DNA of 32,000 nt, taken from the NCBI RefSeq assembly GCF_048163005.1, contig NZ_CP182378.1. The stretch is one strand, 5' to 3'. Numbering within the stretch: the first letter of the stretch is position 1; each line of letters starts with the position of its first letter. Below are positions 26,916-32,000 of the stretch, one piece after another. The translations under genes and the position numbers were made by a program. The notes below the pieces were generated by a model. It searched no databases, was not told the origin of the DNA, and saw nothing but the letters and a program-made list of their open reading frames with translations. The stretch comes from Escherichia coli (GTDB taxonomy: Bacteria > Pseudomonadota > Gammaproteobacteria > Enterobacterales > Enterobacteriaceae).

Positions 26916-27380
26916 ATGCGTTTCTGCCTTATTTTGATCACAGCACTGTTTCTGGCCGGGTGTAGCCACCATAAAGCACCGCCGCCAAATGCCAGACTTT
27001 CTGATTCGATTACCGTTATTGCCGGTTTGAACGACCAGCTACAAAGCTGGCATGGCACGCCGTATCGTTATGGTGGCATGACGCGGCGCGGTGTGGACTG
27101 TTCGGGATTTGTGGTTGTGACGATGCGCGATCGTTTCGATTTGCAGCTGCCCCGAGAAACCAAAGAACAAGCCTCTATCGGCACGCAAATTGATAAAGAC
27201 GAGTTGCTGCCTGGTGACCTGGTCTTTTTCAAAACGGGTTCCGGACAAAATGGTTTGCATGTAGGTATTTACGATACCAACAACCAATTTATCCACGCCT
27301 CTACCAGCAAGGGAGTGATGCGTTCCTCACTCGATAATGTCTATTGGCAGAAAAATTTCTGGCAGGCGAGACGAATCTAG
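26916..27380 (+). CDS. nlpC: NlpC/P60-family lipoprotein peptidase
   Basis: 154-aa ORF with lipobox LFLAGCS and the catalytic-Cys motif RGVDCSGFVVVTM plus LPGDLVFFKTG. Confidence 0.97.
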   Translation: MRFCLILITALFLAGCSHHKAPPPNARLSDSITVIAGLNDQLQSWHGTPYRYGGMTRRGVDCSGFVVVTMRDRFDLQLPRETKEQASIGTQIDKDELLPGDLVFFKTGSGQNGLHVGIYDTNNQFIHASTSKGVMRSSLDNVYWQKNFWQARRI

Positions 27381-27450
27381 TATGTCGAAAAATGGACGGC
27401 GATGATACATCTCCGTCCATTTACTCCTGAATACAGTAGTATTTTACAGA

Positions 27451-27458
27451 CAAAAATT
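27451..27458. repeat. Left 8-bp target-site duplication of IS1
   Basis: caaaaatt immediately before the IS1 end at 27459; identical to 28227-28234. Confidence 0.9.
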
Positions 27459-27473
27459 GGTAATGACTCCAAC

Positions 27474-27977
27474 TTACTGATAGTGTTTTATGTTCAGATA
27501 ATGCCCGATGACTTTGTCATGCAGCTCCACCGATTTTGAGAACGACAGTGACTTCCGTCCCAGCCTTGCCAGATGTTGTCTCAGATTCAGATTATGTCGC
27601 TCAATGCGCTGAGTGTAACGCTTGCTGATAACGTGCAGCTTTCCCTTCAGGCGTGATTCATACAGCGGCCAGCCATCCGTCATCCATACCACGACCTCAA
27701 AGGCCGACAGCAGGCTCAGAAGACGCTCCAGTGTGGCCAGAGTGCGTTCACCGAAGACGTGCGCCACAACCGTCCTCCGTATCCTGTCATACGCGTAAAA
27801 CAGCCAGCGCTGACGTGATTTAGCACCTACGTAGCCCCACTGTTCGTCCATTTCAGCGCAGACGATGACGTCACTGCCCGGCTGTATGCGCGAGGTTACC
27901 GACTGCGGCCTGAGTTTTTTAAATGGCGGAAAATCGTGTTGAGGCCAACGCCCATAATGCGGGCGGTTGCCCGGCAT
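27474..27977 (-). CDS. insB: IS1 transposase frame B (InsB)
   Basis: 167-aa [19 protein letters not shown]...[18 protein letters not shown]. The A6C slippery sequence (plus strand gtttttt at 27914-27920) supports InsAB' frameshifting. Confidence 0.96.
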   Translation of the reverse strand: MPGNRPHYGRWPQHDFPPFKKLRPQSVTSRIQPGSDVIVCAEMDEQWGYVGAKSRQRWLFYAYDRIRRTVVAHVFGERTLATLERLLSLLSAFEVVVWMTDGWPLYESRLKGKLHVISKRYTQRIERHNLNLRQHLARLGRKSLSFSKSVELHDKVIGHYLNIKHYQ

Positions 27978-28171
27978 CCAACGCCATTCATGACCATATC
28001 AATGATTTTCTGGTGCGTACCGGGTTGAGAAGCGGTGTAAGTGAACTGCAGTTGCCATGTTTTACGGCAATGAGAGCAGAGATAGCGCTGATGTCCGGCA
28101 GTGCTTTTGCCGTTACGCACCACCCCGTCAGTAGCTGAACAGGAGGGACAGCTGATAGAAACAGAAGCCAC
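27896..28171 (-). CDS. insA: IS1 repressor/transposase frame A (InsA)
   Basis: 91-aa [48 protein letters not shown]... with CxxC zinc motifs. Confidence 0.97.
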   Translation of the reverse strand: MASVSISCPSCSATDGVVRNGKSTAGHQRYLCSHCRKTWQLQFTYTASQPGTHQKIIDMVMNGVGCRATARIMGVGLNTIFRHLKNSGRSR

Positions 28172-28226
28172 TGGAGCACCTCAAAAACACCATCATACAC
28201 TAAATCAGTAAGTTGGCAGCATCACC

Positions 28227-28234
28227 CAAAAATT
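28227..28234. repeat. Right 8-bp target-site duplication of IS1
   Basis: caaaaatt directly after the IS1 end at 28226; identical to 27451-27458. Confidence 0.9.
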
Positions 28235-28402
28235 CCGTAAATGGATTATTCGTTTATAATCAGGATAATCTAATAAAAGGACCCCTGAAAAAGTGGTTAA
28301 CATGGAACAAATGAAAGTTACTCCTTCTGTAATTGTTATGTCTTATGGCCTCATCCCTTTTAGCCGGATACTGAAAAACATCCTTCGAGAGGGACGGTTA
28401 CC

Positions 28403-29116
28403 ATGAAGATTTTTTTGGAGAATCTTTATCATTCTGATTGCTATTTCCTGCCGATAAGAGATAACCAGCAAGACCTTGTCGGCGTTGAGTTAATTACCCA
28501 TTTCTCCAGTGAAGATGGTACGGTTCGTATCCCGACGAGTCGGGTTATAGCGCAACTTACCGAGGAGCAACATTGGCAATTATTTTCAGAGCAGTTGGAA
28601 TTACTAAAATCATGCCAACACTTTTTTATTCAACATAAACTCTTTGCTTGGCTTAATTTAACGCCACAAGTGGCTACTTTATTATTAGACAGGGATAATT
28701 ACGCAGGCGAACTATTAAAATATCCGTTTATTGAACTGTTGATTAATGAGAATTACCCGCATCTCGATGAAGGAAAAGATAATCGCGATCTTTTTTCCTT
28801 ATCGCAAATGTATCCCCTTGTGTTAGGTAATTTGGGCGCAGGCAATAGCACAATGAAAGCGGTTTTTGATGGTCTTTTCACCCGCGTCATGCTGGATAAA
28901 AGTTTTATTCAGCAACAAATCACGCATCGCTCCTTCGAACCGTTTATTCGTGCGATCCAGGCGCAAATTTCCCCATGTTGCAATTGCATCATCGCGGGGG
29001 GCATTGATACGCCAGAAATAATGGCACAGATTACCCCCTTTGATTTCCATGCTCTCCAGGGATGCCTGTGGCCTGCCGTTCCCATAAATCAGATAACGAC
29101 GTTGGTTCAGCGATAA
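28403..29116 (+). CDS. ydiV: Degenerate EAL-domain protein, anti-FlhD4C2 factor
   Basis: 237-aa ORF MKIFLENLYHSDCYFLPIRDNQQDLVGVELITHFSSEDG...; EAL fold lacking canonical EAL and metal-binding motifs. Confidence 0.95.
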   Translation: MKIFLENLYHSDCYFLPIRDNQQDLVGVELITHFSSEDGTVRIPTSRVIAQLTEEQHWQLFSEQLELLKSCQHFFIQHKLFAWLNLTPQVATLLLDRDNYAGELLKYPFIELLINENYPHLDEGKDNRDLFSLSQMYPLVLGNLGAGNSTMKAVFDGLFTRVMLDKSFIQQQITHRSFEPFIRAIQAQISPCCNCIIAGGIDTPEIMAQITPFDFHALQGCLWPAVPINQITTLVQR

Positions 29117-29139
29117 CCCTCCTGTTTGCTGGTGTTTAA

Positions 29140-30615
<1,476 letters not shown>

Positions 30616-30618
30616 AGG

Positions 30619-30810
30619 CTACTTGGTCAACAGCAGCTTGCCAGCCTGAGTTTTACGGAGCAGATATTCTTGCCCGTCATGATCGATAATCAGTTTGCCA
30701 TCCGGACCTAACAGTGTCTGGCTGGTAATTCGCCGGATGGGCTGCGGGGAAGCGGTCTTGTGATTGGCATCCGTTTCAGGCGTGAGTTTTCTGCTATCCG
30801 TATAACGCAT
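30619..30810 (-). CDS. ydiE: HemP-family small protein YdiE
   Basis: 63-aa product [63 protein letters not shown]; contains [23 protein letters not shown] typical of HemP. Confidence 0.92.
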   Translation of the reverse strand: MRYTDSRKLTPETDANHKTASPQPIRRITSQTLLGPDGKLIIDHDGQEYLLRKTQAGKLLLTK

Positions 30811-30832
30811 AAAAATTAATAATAATTGATAT

Positions 30833-30851
30833 AACAATGATTCTTATTATC
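30833..30851 (-). promoter_or_regulatory. Fur-box-like sequence upstream of ydiE
   Basis: Minus-strand GATAATAAGAATCATTGTT matches 15 of 19 positions of consensus GATAATGATAATCATTATC; 22 bp upstream of the ydiE start. Confidence 0.7.
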
Positions 30852-30940
30852 AATATTATGGCGGCCAGAGCAAGCAGTAATTTGTTGAGAAGACAACAAG
30901 TTGCGCAGAAATGCCCATTCCGTCAGGAATGGGCACGCAT

Positions 30941-31987
30941 TCAGAAGCGGCTATCTACCGCAGAGGCGAGTTTTTCGACCAGGCGTTCGGTATCTTCCCA
31001 GCCCAGACACGGGTCGGTAATCGATTGACCGTAAGTGAGCGGCTGACCGCCGACGATTTTTTGCGTTCCTTCGCGCAGGAAACTTTCCGCCATAATTCCA
31101 GCAATCGCCGTAGAGCCATTGCGGATTTGCTGACAAATATCCTCACAAACTTCTAACTGGCGACGGTGCTGCTTCTGGCAGTTACCGTGGCTGAAATCCA
31201 CCACCAGATGTTCAGGTAAATCAAACTCGTGCAGCGTATCGCAGGCTGCGGCGATATCATCGGCATGATAATTCGGTTTTTTGCCGCCACGCATAATAAT
31301 GTGGCCATACGGGTTGCCGCTGGTCTGATAGATGGTCATCTGACCGTTTTTGTCTGGCGAGAGGAACATATGGCTGGCGCGGGCTGCGCGGATAGCATCT
31401 ACGGCAATCCGCGTGTTGCCATCGGTACCATTTTTAAAACCTACCGGACAGGAGAGTGCCGAAGCCATTTCACGGTGGATCTGACTTTCGGTAGTACGTG
31501 CGCCAATCGCGCCCCAACTGATTAAATCAGCAATAAACTGACCGGTCACCATATCGAGGAACTCAGTCGCGGTAGGGACGCCCAGCTCATTTACCTGTAA
31601 AAGTAATTTGCGCGCCAGCTCCAGACCGTGATTTACCCGATAGCTGCCGTTTAAATCTGGATCGGAGATTAGCCCTTTCCAGCCGACAACAGTTCGTGGT
31701 TTTTCAAAATAGGTGCGCATTACGATTTCCAGCCGTGACTGGTACTGGTTGCGCAGCGACTGCAGACGGGTGGCGTACTCCATTGCAGCGGTGAGATCGT
31801 GGATCGAGCAGGGGCCAATAATGACCAACAGTCGCTTATCTTCACCATTCAGTATTTTTTCAATTCTGCGGCGGGAGTCGGTGACATGGGTGGCGACGCC
31901 AGGCGTTACGGGATACCGTAGCGCGAGTTCGGCGGGCGTTACCAGGCTCTCAATACGCGCAGTACGGAGTTCGTCAGTTCTGTTCAT
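30941..31987 (-). CDS. aroH: Trp-sensitive 3-deoxy-7-phosphoheptulonate synthase
   Basis: 348-aa ORF MNRTDELRTARIESLVTPAELALRYPVTPGVATHVTDSRRRIEKILNGEDKRLLVIIGPCSIHD... Confidence 0.98.
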   Translation of the reverse strand: MNRTDELRTARIESLVTPAELALRYPVTPGVATHVTDSRRRIEKILNGEDKRLLVIIGPCSIHDLTAAMEYATRLQSLRNQYQSRLEIVMRTYFEKPRTVVGWKGLISDPDLNGSYRVNHGLELARKLLLQVNELGVPTATEFLDMVTGQFIADLISWGAIGARTTESQIHREMASALSCPVGFKNGTDGNTRIAVDAIRAARASHMFLSPDKNGQMTIYQTSGNPYGHIIMRGGKKPNYHADDIAAACDTLHEFDLPEHLVVDFSHGNCQKQHRRQLEVCEDICQQIRNGSTAIAGIMAESFLREGTQKIVGGQPLTYGQSITDPCLGWEDTERLVEKLASAVDSRF

Positions 31988-32000
31988 TACAAGTCTCAGA

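Larger units (their letters stand above)
27459..28226 (-). mobile_element. Complete IS1-family insertion sequence, 768 bp
   Basis: Termini ggtaatgactccaacttactgat ... atcagtaagttggcagcatcacc; exactly 768 bp; encodes InsA and InsB; flanked by direct repeat caaaaatt. Confidence 0.97.

Noticed and set aside
28235-28402. Possible additional gene or RNA between IS1 and ydiV
   Set aside because: Only about 170 bp of leader/promoter-like sequence with no clear terminator hairpin or open frame; treated as the ydiV 5' region.

Overview
This window is Escherichia coli-type core chromosome. From start to end it contains: chbC (3' end)-chbA-chbR-chbF-chbG, katE, cedA, ydjO, tcyP, ydjM, hxpB/yniC, yniB, yniA, ydiZ, pfkB, ydiY, yniD, an arpB-like gene, thrS-infC-rpmI-rplT-pheM-pheS-pheT-ihfA, btuC-btuE-btuD-nlpC, a complete IS1 element, ydiV, selO/ydiU, ydiE/hemP and aroH. 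I see no CRISPR array, prophage, toxin-antitoxin pair or multi-gene defence island. Three places deserve a second look. (1) An uninterrupted 632-codon arpB-type ORF (14800-16698) has C-terminal ankyrin-like repeats and an N-terminal half resembling the EspL/OspD/ShET2 effector family, with a plausible Cys-His-Asp arrangement; this locus is, from memory, a disrupted pseudogene in K-12. (2) An exactly 768-bp IS1 with an 8-bp target duplication lies about 176 bp upstream of the anti-FlhDC gene ydiV. (3) The AT-rich orphan gene ydjO. Known regulatory elements readable in the sequence include the thrS operator, the infC AUU start, the infC-rpmI hairpin, the pheM leader and attenuator, a LexA box at ydjM and a Fur-like box at ydiE. 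Gene names come from recognising the protein sequences, not from a database search.
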